From the IMG/VR virus record IMGVR_UViG_3300037424_000434, positions 96,001 to 160,000 of that record: a stretch of DNA of 64,000 nucleotides, one strand, 5' to 3'. The first letter of the stretch is position 1; each line of letters opens with the position of its first letter. The notes beneath the pieces were generated by a model. It had not been told where the DNA came from. It did not search any database and saw only the letters and a list, made by a program, of their open reading frames with translations. A program made the translations under genes and the position numbers. Positions 24,125 through 32,877 of the stretch are shown in pieces. The stretch comes from a virus (Duplodnaviria > Caudoviricetes).

Positions 24125-25813
24125 TGTGACGAATTTGCGTTTGTTGAGCCGAGCTGGAAAGCAGAAGAATTTTGGGCATCAAACTACCCAACCATTTCAG
24201 CCGCAGAGACTTCTAAAATTATTATCATCTCATGTGTTGCGGGGGATACCTATGTTTACACAGATAATGGCGTAAAACAAATATCCAATATTATCGGTGA
24301 TAGATGTGTTGGTGGCCATGAAATAGAATCCTATGGGGTATTGGGTAAAGATAAGATAAGAGGTGGCCGTTTAATCGTCAATAGCGGTATTACAAAAACC
24401 AGAAAAATCATCACAACAAATTCGGAATTGGAGGGCAGTTTAGACCATAAACTATGGTCATCAAAAGACGGTGTTATTGGTTGGCATAAAATATCTGAAC
24501 TAAATGAAGGAGATTATGTTTCACTGCAATATGGAATGAATGTATGGGGTAATAATGATCATATTGGATATGTATCACAGAAGAGAAGAAATAAACAAGG
24601 GAAAAGTTTAAATGTCGAAAATATAACAGAGGATTGGGCATATTTATTTGGATTATATATATCAGAGGGGTGTGCTGATAAGTACAGACTCAATATTTCA
24701 TGTGGCGATGATATATCGGATATTTTTGATAGACTGGGGCTTTCATATTCATGCAGTGATGGTATGCATTATGTTACAAGCAATCTATCATTAATAGAAT
24801 TATTAGAGCACGTTGGGTTCGATATAGCTAAAAACGCACCAGATAAAATAATACCAGACAGATTGATGTGTATGTCAAAAGAAAATATAGCGGCAATGTT
24901 GAGTGGGATTTTTGATGGTGATGGCTTTTCTCGAAAGGACAAAGGAACCATAGGAATAGGATTGTCTTCAAAAAAACTCGTTCAACAGATACGAGTGTTG
25001 TTAATGAACATGGGTATGTTGGGTGAGTGGTATGAGGTGGAATCAAAACCAACAGATAAGGTCAAAGTCCATTCAATACAACACAGATATCATTTGGATA
25101 AATCTTCATCTAAGAAGTTTTATGAAGAAATTGGTTTTAGACTAAAAAGAAAACAATTAAATGAGAACATTTTAGGTAAGGTCAATGAACCAAAAAATGA
25201 CATTATACCATATTCAAAAACTTTTATTGACGGTAAAGGTATAGTCAAGGATGTCGAACAAGTTTTGGGTTCATATGTATATAATAGAGGATTGTCTGAT
25301 AACATTTCAAGAGGATTGATGATTAGGATAAAGGAATCCCTTGGTGATACATTCAGCGAAGAGATTCATGAATATTTTAACAGGAATGTATCAGAAAACA
25401 TCAAGTGGTGTAAAATAAAAAGCATAGAAGAATCAAAAAATACGGTTTATGATTTCTCATTACCCGATAATATCGATGATGAGTGGTGCCATTCAGTTAT
25501 ATATAATGGATTTATAGGTCATCAGACACCTAACGGTCTGTATAATAAATTTCATGAAATATACAAAAACGCAGACGAAAAAACCAACTCATTCATAGCA
25601 ACTCGATATGATTATTCAGCCGTTCCGGGCAGGGATGCTGAGTGGGCTAAAGTTCAGAGAATGAACCTAGGGCCAATCAAGTTCCAACAGGAATTTGGAT
25701 GTTTTTTTCAAGATACTGTAATCACTATACAAAATGAAGAAACAGGTTTAATCGAAAATATTACCATAGGGGAACTAAATAAACGAATGGGGCAAGAGAT
25801 TGGTCATGAATAG
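23789..25813 (+). CDS. gp17: Terminase large subunit part 3: IntC2, 36-aa extein, cis intein, 58-aa extein, IntN3
   Basis: ...QILTSN | CDEFAFV...SNYPTISAAETSKIIIIS | intein | TPNGLYNKFH...VPGRDAEW...FQQEFG | CFFQDT... ATG 23789 follows GAGGAAAGG. Confidence 0.93.
   Translation: MEQEFIKNSRYEIYGESGWENFDGVVVNTGDFDIYEIKTDNHSIKCTDKHKIYTSEGVSTADEVERGDILFIQGGITEEVISTQYTGKQNTTYDIFNSDSHKVHINQILTSNCDEFAFVEPSWKAEEFWASNYPTISAAETSKIIIISCVAGDTYVYTDNGVKQISNIIGDRCVGGHEIESYGVLGKDKIRGGRLIVNSGITKTRKIITTNSELEGSLDHKLWSSKDGVIGWHKISELNEGDYVSLQYGMNVWGNNDHIGYVSQKRRNKQGKSLNVENITEDWAYLFGLYISEGCADKYRLNISCGDDISDIFDRLGLSYSCSDGMHYVTSNLSLIELLEHVGFDIAKNAPDKIIPDRLMCMSKENIAAMLSGIFDGDGFSRKDKGTIGIGLSSKKLVQQIRVLLMNMGMLGEWYEVESKPTDKVKVHSIQHRYHLDKSSSKKFYEEIGFRLKRKQLNENILGKVNEPKNDIIPYSKTFIDGKGIVKDVEQVLGSYVYNRGLSDNISRGLMIRIKESLGDTFSEEIHEYFNRNVSENIKWCKIKSIEESKNTVYDFSLPDNIDDEWCHSVIYNGFIGHQTPNGLYNKFHEIYKNADEKTNSFIATRYDYSAVPGRDAEWAKVQRMNLGPIKFQQEFGCFFQDTVITIQNEETGLIENITIGELNKRMGQEIGHE
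24233..25525 (+). mobile_element. Cis intein with LAGLIDADG domain and C-terminal Gln (431 aa)
   Basis: Starts CVAGDTYVYTDNG. SLDH block B. LFGLYISEG and LSGIFDGDG. VYDFSL...HSVIYNGFIGHQ with +1 Thr. Confidence 0.92.
25700..25810 (+). mobile_element. Split intein 3, N-half (37 aa)
   Basis: CFFQDTVITI block A after QEFG, then a stop at 25811-25813. Confidence 0.9.
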
Positions 25814-26144
25814 CATGACAGAAGTAATTAGCAACACAAAATATAAAATTCTAACCCCCACAGGATTTCAATATTTTTCTGCAATACAAAAACTAAAGAA
25901 ACCAACCATTAGGTTTATATTTGAAGATGATTCTGATTGTACCGTGTCCACAGGCCATAAATTCTATATTGATGGTAAAATATTATTGTCTGATGACGTG
26001 GTGATTGGTGATAGTCTCTACCACCAAGATAAATGGTATACCAAAGTTGTTGGTATAGAGTATTTAGGGGAATCAGATGTATATGATTTAATGGACGTAT
26101 CCAATGGTAACTTGTATTACGGAAATGGTATTTTGTCTCATAAT
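25806..26144 (+). mobile_element. Split intein 3, C-half (113 aa; AceL-TerL/Cat-like)
   Basis: KILTPTGF..F..IQK, STGH, VYDL.DV..GNLYY.NGILSHN with +1 Cys of CEF. Confidence 0.92.
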
Positions 26145-26906
26145 TGTGAGTTTATAGGATCAAGTAACACTGTCATTGATGGAAAAACTCTTGAGAGGCT
26201 TATGAAGCACCGTAAAGAGCCCGAGTCGTTGGATATGGGGGGTAAGCTGCGTATATGGGAGAAACCCAAGCAGGGGGCAACCTACGTCCTTGGAGTGGAT
26301 ACATCCAAGGGTATTGGTGGTGATTCGAGTGTAATTCAGGTAATAAAGATATTAGGTGTCAATCCAATCCAAATGCGACAGGTGGCGGTGTGGGAAGATA
26401 AATTTACAGATGTTTACAAATTTGCCGAAGTTGTCAATAAAATGTCGTATTATTATAATGATGGATATTTGATGGTTGAGAATAACGCCGAGGGGTCAGT
26501 AGTTGTTCAGAGACTGTGGTGGGAATACGAGAACCAAAATTTGATAAATACAGGTGGTAAAGTCAAAGACCTTGGTATTCGCGCTACAGGTAGCACCAAA
26601 CCTCGGGCCGTTCTTCTCATGAAGAAAGTTCTTGAAGACAGAATGATCGAAATATATGACGAAAGAACTGTTGCCCAGATATCAGACTTTCAAGACTTGG
26701 GTGGCAATAAGTTTGGTGGCGTTAATATAAACGACGATTTGGTTACCTCTTTGTATTGGGCTATATATGTCATTGAGATGCAAGTATTCGACGAGTCATT
26801 TACTTTTTCGGAAGAACAGGACGAGGAAGATGATTTCTGGGGGGATTTTTTGAGCGACTGGGAAGACGAGGCCCGCGAGGTTGATTGGTCATGGCTTCAT
26901 GATTAA
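25806..26906 (+). CDS. gp17: Terminase large subunit part 4: IntC3 (113 aa) plus 253-aa nuclease domain
   Basis: ...NGILSHN | CEFIGSSNTVID...YVLGVDTSKGIGGDSSVIQV...YYNDGYLMVENNAEG...NDDLVTSL (RNase H-like acidic motifs). Confidence 0.93.
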   Translation: MNSMTEVISNTKYKILTPTGFQYFSAIQKLKKPTIRFIFEDDSDCTVSTGHKFYIDGKILLSDDVVIGDSLYHQDKWYTKVVGIEYLGESDVYDLMDVSNGNLYYGNGILSHNCEFIGSSNTVIDGKTLERLMKHRKEPESLDMGGKLRIWEKPKQGATYVLGVDTSKGIGGDSSVIQVIKILGVNPIQMRQVAVWEDKFTDVYKFAEVVNKMSYYYNDGYLMVENNAEGSVVVQRLWWEYENQNLINTGGKVKDLGIRATGSTKPRAVLLMKKVLEDRMIEIYDERTVAQISDFQDLGGNKFGGVNINDDLVTSLYWAIYVIEMQVFDESFTFSEEQDEEDDFWGDFLSDWEDEAREVDWSWLHD

Positions 26907-26933
26907 TGATAAATAATAACAGAGGAATTGGAA

Positions 26934-27239
26934 ATGAAATTTAAGGATTTTTTGAAAGAAGGCGTCTATAAAACAGATAACTGGAATCTCGAAGACATTA
27001 CTTTCCGGTTGGAACAGGCCCGCGCTCAGCTCAAATTCATTGAAGCCGAAATGAAGGTTCTTTCAAAAAAACCTATACCTCCCGGTGACATGAACAAGAA
27101 ATTGGCGTGGGATAATAAAACAGAGGCACTTGAGGCCAGATATGAAGCAACAAGAACAAAAATCAAAAACTTCTCAGAAAAGTTGGCTAGACACCAAGAG
27201 AAAATGAGGGGTGGTTCTGACCGGAGGGCGAGTCACTAA
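26934..27239 (+). CDS. Small helical protein with a T4 internal-protein-like N-terminus
   Basis: MKFKDFLKE start, GAGGA RBS and a GATAAATA late-like motif at 26908. Confidence 0.55.
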   Translation: MKFKDFLKEGVYKTDNWNLEDITFRLEQARAQLKFIEAEMKVLSKKPIPPGDMNKKLAWDNKTEALEARYEATRTKIKNFSEKLARHQEKMRGGSDRRASH

Positions 27240-28984
27240 TGGGAATTTCACGTAGTCAACTTATAGGCAAAGTTCGCAGACGTTTAGGTGAGCCTATGGT
27301 GAAGGTCGAGCTTTGTGATGTGCAAATTATCGATCATATTAATTATGCCCGCCAGAAGTGGCTGAAATGGGCGACCAGTAATGCCACACAGGACGTATAT
27401 TTTACTGTTCTGCTTCAGGCAGGGAAAAAGTTTTATGATCTTCCTGCGGGTATTCTTGATGTTATTGCTTATGATGATGAACCTATACAGTCAGGTGGAA
27501 TCAATACTCTATTCACAATAGACAATATGATGTTCTCAAGTGGGTTTTATGGGAACATGTTTTGGGGTGGATATGATTTAGTGAGTTATCATTTGGTTCA
27601 GGATTTCATGAAGACCATGAGAAAATACCGTGCAACCCCATATAATTGGAGATACCATAAATCAACAAATCAATTGGAGATCAATCCGACTCCCGGCACA
27701 AGCAATGGATTATTGGATGTGCAGTGGACAAATCCCAGCACAGGTATAGTTGATACAGTGGCTGTTGATTCTCCGGGATGGATTATGCTCCGTTGTTTTA
27801 CTGCATCAGGGGCTACTCTCCCTAATTATTCTCCCGCATGGAGTGATGTGCTTAAGGAAAAAAAGGTTATAGTCGAATCCATCACAGTATCAGCACAAGA
27901 CGTGGTTAACAAATATGTTACATTAAAACATACTCCAGCACCATGCCCAAGTGATACCACTGATTATAATATAATAGAAGATACGAGTGTTTCTGTTGGT
28001 GGTCTCACTAGAACAAAAACCATAGAATGGGATTTTTATACAAAAAATCTTCGGGTTATCACATGGGATGGGTTTACTCTTGATGGTGAAATTTCTGCGG
28101 GTGATATAATCAATGTCAAATATCCCGTAATATTTCAATCACAACTATACCAAGACGAGGATTGGACGAGTGTTTCTGAAACGTGTGTTGAAACAGAACA
28201 CTATCAATTATATCCAAATGATATTGTCGCAAAGGAAATCACCTTGCAGCGTACTGTTTGGGAAGATAATATAAGAGTCTCTGTCGGAAAAGTTGATCAT
28301 GTATATTCTGTTGATTATATAGTAAACCCTTATGACAAAAAAACTATATCATGGGCAGATCTTGGACTAGAAAATATTGTTGTCGAGGGTGATATTATAG
28401 AGATAACATATGTTCATGCTACAGGAACGGTCATAACAGATCCGTCATATACTGGCGGGCAGTCAATGATAAAACAATATGTCACAAAAATAGAAAATCT
28501 CACAGTATCCGCTCAGAATGTTATTGATGGGTATTTGACCGTTCTTGATGATACTGTTGCGGTGGGAGATGGGGTTAAACTTTCTATCGGCGGGATGAGC
28601 AAAGTCTACAACAAAGACTACACAATAGTTAACGATGAAATAAACAACAAGTTCACTGTTAGGTGGGTTGGATATGCCATGGCACCCCTTGTCGCAGAAA
28701 ATGATTCTATAATCATGACATACACTTCATCTGTTCCCATTATGTCAGAGCTTGATGAGTCACTGTACGACGAAGATTGGATTTTTGATTATGTAACAGC
28801 GATGTCTAAGATATCTCTAGGGTTGATTAGACGTAAATTTTCTAATTTTAGTTCTTTGGGAAATCAAGGAATTACAATGGATGGTGATTCACTGGTGAGC
28901 GAGGGAAACACAGAAAAAGAGTATCTGGAACAGACCCTTAGAGACGAAGAACCTTTCGAGGGGTATGGGATTGAACTTGCTTGA
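27239..28984 (+). CDS. gp13: Neck protein with internal repeat insertion
   Basis: SRSQLIGKVRRRLGEPMVKVEL...QI.D.I..A. C-terminal WIFDYVTAMSKISLG..R.KF...GITMDGDSL..EG..EKE.LE..L. Confidence 0.85.
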   Translation: MGISRSQLIGKVRRRLGEPMVKVELCDVQIIDHINYARQKWLKWATSNATQDVYFTVLLQAGKKFYDLPAGILDVIAYDDEPIQSGGINTLFTIDNMMFSSGFYGNMFWGGYDLVSYHLVQDFMKTMRKYRATPYNWRYHKSTNQLEINPTPGTSNGLLDVQWTNPSTGIVDTVAVDSPGWIMLRCFTASGATLPNYSPAWSDVLKEKKVIVESITVSAQDVVNKYVTLKHTPAPCPSDTTDYNIIEDTSVSVGGLTRTKTIEWDFYTKNLRVITWDGFTLDGEISAGDIINVKYPVIFQSQLYQDEDWTSVSETCVETEHYQLYPNDIVAKEITLQRTVWEDNIRVSVGKVDHVYSVDYIVNPYDKKTISWADLGLENIVVEGDIIEITYVHATGTVITDPSYTGGQSMIKQYVTKIENLTVSAQNVIDGYLTVLDDTVAVGDGVKLSIGGMSKVYNKDYTIVNDEINNKFTVRWVGYAMAPLVAENDSIIMTYTSSVPIMSELDESLYDEDWIFDYVTAMSKISLGLIRRKFSNFSSLGNQGITMDGDSLVSEGNTEKEYLEQTLRDEEPFEGYGIELA

Positions 28985-29048
28985 TATGGCCCTCCAATAA
29001 AAGAGCACAGGATTTGGATAGTAATAGATCGGGTAGAGGAGTTATGAC

Positions 29049-29282
29049 ATGACACAATTAGATCCCAAATGGATAAAATTAGACGACACCAAACTTGCGT
29101 TGTTTGATAACAATGGGGTTAACGAACTTTCACTGAAAGATGATATTATTCTTGCTGGTATTAACGTTGAGTTGGTTAACAGTGGCAAAATACAGGTCAG
29201 ATATCTATCAGAAGGTGCCCCCACAGAAGATGTCAGGGACATGTCCAGAGACTTCTGGATTCAAGTGCCCGATCAAGTATAA
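29049..29282 (+). CDS. Hypothetical protein between gp13 and gp14
   Basis: 77-aa ORF with GAGGAG-like RBS, co-oriented and tightly packed. Confidence 0.55.
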   Translation: MTQLDPKWIKLDDTKLALFDNNGVNELSLKDDIILAGINVELVNSGKIQVRYLSEGAPTEDVRDMSRDFWIQVPDQV

Positions 29283-29292
29283 GGAGTGTTGA

Positions 29293-30726
29293 ATGGCTAT
29301 TAGTTGTCCACCAAATTGCATTAAAGGCACACCTCTCTGGAGTCTGTATGATGTAACAGACACCAATCCAGAGTTTTGTCTTTTTGATTCTGTGATAGGT
29401 GAGTATACTGATATTGCCGGTTTCCCTGTATTATATTATAGAGCAAAATCCAAGCTAGACAGGCTGTACGGGGAAGATGCCAATCAAGATTTTTATGAGC
29501 CCCAGAAAACCAAATTATACTATCAACCAACAGAAGAGCCAAACATTATAGACGGTATGGGTATTCGATCTGATGAGACCCTGCAATACTCGTTATTGCC
29601 CAAATCAACCTTTTCAAGGGACATTGGGGGTTCGGTCTCGGGTGTACCAGCGTCAATTAATAATGCTTACGGTGGGACCAGTTACTCTACAAGACAATCA
29701 GTGTTAACAACAGGTGGGAGCGGAACAGGTCTACGTGTTGATATTGTCACTGGAAGTGGAACCATAACCAAGATAACAATCAATGCATATAATCCCGGTA
29801 GTGGATATATGGTTGGGGATACTATATCAATAGTCGGTGGGGATTCAAACTCTACATTTGACATTGCTAGCGTAAAGACCGTGGATATTGGGCCTATGCC
29901 CGGTGATGTTATAAAAACATTGTGGAACAATAGAAATTATGAAGTGGTTGATATCGGCGCAGAACAATCCATTTTTATGGGCAGAAAATTAATATGGGAA
30001 TTTATTCTTAGACCATTTAGATTCAGCGAACAATCACTTAAAGCAGAAGAGATTTACCGCAGCAAGGTTACTTGGAACATGGTTTATATATATCCTGATG
30101 GACTTACTGCTGATGTAACGTATGCAGACGGTACGGAAGTATTGGGCGTTCCTTTCGATGAGTTGGGTATAGACGCAAGTGAACTTGCATGTGGATCAAC
30201 ATATCACAGAAATTCAGATGGCAGCTTCGACATAATGACTCCTTCGGTTGATGTTGAAGAAGACTATTTCCCACACCCTACATATGAACTGACAGCCAAG
30301 CCAGTGGAGGACAAACTTATAACATCATTTGGAGATAATGAATTCGTGGAAACAGAATCAAACAGAATTGATGGATACGATAATATAGACGATATAATGT
30401 TTAGCTATGCCAACTCCACACCTGTTGTGTATGGTACATCTGTTAATGCGGTTATAACACAAACTGATATAAATGGTTTCTCTCAATTCAACTCAATTGA
30501 AGGAGAGAAATACACCCTTGAGTTCATATTGGATGCTAGTTATCTTTATATAGTTACTCCAGTATCTGTTAATTTGTATGAATATATAATCAATGGTCTT
30601 GCAGTGGTATTCGAAGAAACAACAGATAACTTTTTGTTTGATGGAGAGGCCTATACTTGTACAATACACAAGTCTCAATATAAAATAAACGGTAGAGTCG
30701 TTCTAGATTTGATACCGGTAGGGTAA
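29293..30726 (+). CDS. gp14: Neck/head completion protein with insertion and C-terminal extension
   Basis: EYTDIAGFPVLYY...DRLYGED..., GMGIRSDE, PGDVIKTLWNNRNYEV...FMGRKLIWEFILRPF. Confidence 0.8.
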   Translation: MAISCPPNCIKGTPLWSLYDVTDTNPEFCLFDSVIGEYTDIAGFPVLYYRAKSKLDRLYGEDANQDFYEPQKTKLYYQPTEEPNIIDGMGIRSDETLQYSLLPKSTFSRDIGGSVSGVPASINNAYGGTSYSTRQSVLTTGGSGTGLRVDIVTGSGTITKITINAYNPGSGYMVGDTISIVGGDSNSTFDIASVKTVDIGPMPGDVIKTLWNNRNYEVVDIGAEQSIFMGRKLIWEFILRPFRFSEQSLKAEEIYRSKVTWNMVYIYPDGLTADVTYADGTEVLGVPFDELGIDASELACGSTYHRNSDGSFDIMTPSVDVEEDYFPHPTYELTAKPVEDKLITSFGDNEFVETESNRIDGYDNIDDIMFSYANSTPVVYGTSVNAVITQTDINGFSQFNSIEGEKYTLEFILDASYLYIVTPVSVNLYEYIINGLAVVFEETTDNFLFDGEAYTCTIHKSQYKINGRVVLDLIPVG

Positions 30727-30728
30727 AT

Positions 30729-31169
30729 ATGGCCAACTTAATAGGAACCAGAGTAGTTCAGCCAATAGTACCCAATAATTCAGCAGATACTTATCCTACA
30801 CATTACGATGAGTATGGAAAAGGTGGGTATCAGAGTGTAGACACTTTATATGACAGAGACAATATACCAATAGATCGACAGAAACTGGGTATGGGTGTAT
30901 TCGTTAATGCCACCCAAAAATTGTACATACTTATTTCCAAATCAGAAACATTATCAGATTTAAATTGGTTTATTTTTGTTAGTAGTAGCGGTACCGGTAT
31001 TATTATATCAGAAACCGAGCCACTAAATCCAGAAATAGGGGCACTATGGCTCAACTCTTTGACAAACGATATGTCATTGTATATTGGTGGATCATGGGTT
31101 CTGTTTGTATACAAAAGCACTATGGCATCCGATACAGGAGATCTAGTGTTGAATGGTGGATACTTTTAA
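30729..31169 (+). CDS. Virion structural/fibre-associated protein
   Basis: YPTHYDEYGKGGYQSV...RDNIP.DR.KLGM.VFV motif. ISETEP..P..G.LW motif. Confidence 0.5.
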   Translation: MANLIGTRVVQPIVPNNSADTYPTHYDEYGKGGYQSVDTLYDRDNIPIDRQKLGMGVFVNATQKLYILISKSETLSDLNWFIFVSSSGTGIIISETEPLNPEIGALWLNSLTNDMSLYIGGSWVLFVYKSTMASDTGDLVLNGGYF

Positions 31170-31214
31170 TAAATATAATTAATGAAATGTGATGTGATGT
31201 AAAGGGAAAAATGA

Positions 31215-32765
31215 ATGGCTAATACTATTAAAATCAAAAGATCGTTGGTTACTGCTTCTCCGGCAACTCTGGCAGAAGGCGAACTAGCATATTCAGAAGT
31301 ATCCGGAACTTTGTTTATCGGTACAAGTGGTGATAATATAGCCGCTATAGGCGGAACCGGGGCTTTAGGAACATCATTTAATACCATATCAGTTTCGGGT
31401 CAAAATGATGTGGTTGCTGACACGTCCTCTGACACCCTGACCCTTATAGCCGGAACAAATGTCACCATTGCAACAAACGCCACAACCGATACTATAACAA
31501 TATCATCAACTGATACAACATATACTGCGGGGACCGGTATTACATTGACAGCGGGGCAGTTTGATGTAGATCTGTCAGAACTGTCAATCTCTGTTACTGA
31601 TGCTGATGGCGCATTTTTTGTGGTGGTCGATTCTATAGGGGATCAACGTAGATTAACAAAGGCTAATGTAAATTTAACAGGATTTAATAATGATGGTGGA
31701 TGGACTTCCAACACAGGAACCGTTACATCTATCGCTGCGGGTAATGGTCTTGATTTTACCACAATTACCACTTCTGGATCAATAACACTGGGAACCCCAA
31801 GCACCGTATCAGATATCACTACCAACTCATTGTCGTTGAACAGTCACACTCACGCTGTTGCCGGGTTTGTACCGTCATCATATCTTGATACAGATGTAAC
31901 TCTTGCGGCCAACTCTGATACCAAAGTTGCCACTCAAAAAGCAATCAAAACATATACCGATAACATAATTGCCGCTGCTAATGCAACGATATATAAAGGG
32001 GCTATTGACTGTTCCACAAATCCAGATTATCCAGCCGCTGATGCTGGTTGGTTATATAGAGTTTCGGTTGCCGGTAAGATAGGTGGGGCTAGTGGTATCA
32101 ATGTGCAATCAGGCGATATGCTTATTTGTTTGGTTGATGCTACAGTATCAGGAGATCAAGCAACAGTTGGGGCTAACTGGAATATTATTCAGGCGAACAT
32201 TGACGGGGCTGTTATCGGACCCGCTTCGGCTCAAGACAACTTTGTAGTCTTTTTTGATGGTGTATCAGGTAAATTAGTAAAAGATAATAACATACAATTA
32301 ACGGGATCTAATACCGGCGATGTTACTATACCGACACCTAAATATTTTACTATTGTGGATCAGGTGATAACACAAAACACGGTTGCCGCTATATATGGTG
32401 GTACCGGTATGACATCATATGTTATTGGTGATATCCTATATGCAAGTTCGGCCACAGCATTAAGTAAACTGGCTGATGTGGCAGTAGGTAACGTTCTTAT
32501 TTCCGGGGGTATAGGGGTTGCCCCCTCATATGGGAAGGTCGGGTTGGCGACCCATGTTTCCGGGACTCTGGGAGTAGGTAACGGGGGTACTGGTGCGGTA
32601 TCATTTACCACAAATGGCGTGTTATATGGGAATAGCACAAGTGCTTTACAGGTAACCGTTGCCGGTAGTCAATGGGATGCCACTTATTTGGTGGGAGAAA
32701 TTCTTTCCATAAATTCTTCTGGTACTCCTACATGGACAAATATTATTGATGGTGGGGGATTCTGA
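31215..32765 (+). CDS. Tail fibre protein
   Basis: MANTIKIKRS...LAEGELAY N-terminus. Gly/Thr-rich repeats (GGTG...GDILYA). Ends IIDGGGF. Confidence 0.75.
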   Translation: MANTIKIKRSLVTASPATLAEGELAYSEVSGTLFIGTSGDNIAAIGGTGALGTSFNTISVSGQNDVVADTSSDTLTLIAGTNVTIATNATTDTITISSTDTTYTAGTGITLTAGQFDVDLSELSISVTDADGAFFVVVDSIGDQRRLTKANVNLTGFNNDGGWTSNTGTVTSIAAGNGLDFTTITTSGSITLGTPSTVSDITTNSLSLNSHTHAVAGFVPSSYLDTDVTLAANSDTKVATQKAIKTYTDNIIAAANATIYKGAIDCSTNPDYPAADAGWLYRVSVAGKIGGASGINVQSGDMLICLVDATVSGDQATVGANWNIIQANIDGAVIGPASAQDNFVVFFDGVSGKLVKDNNIQLTGSNTGDVTIPTPKYFTIVDQVITQNTVAAIYGGTGMTSYVIGDILYASSATALSKLADVAVGNVLISGGIGVAPSYGKVGLATHVSGTLGVGNGGTGAVSFTTNGVLYGNSTSALQVTVAGSQWDATYLVGEILSINSSGTPTWTNIIDGGGF

Positions 32766-32793
32766 TATAGAAATAATATTTCAGGCTGTTATG

Positions 32794-32835
32794 TACCCTC
32801 TTGGTATTTGCCAAGGGGGTATTTTTGTATAAATA
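32794..32835 (+). terminator. Intrinsic terminator (32794-32827) followed by late promoter TATAAATA (32828-32835)
   Basis: TACCCTCTTGG-tatttg-CCAAGGGGGTA then TTTTT; exact late motif. Confidence 0.75.
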
Positions 32836-32877
32836 TAATTATAATCCTGTCTATATAGACAAAAAGGGGAAAGCCAT

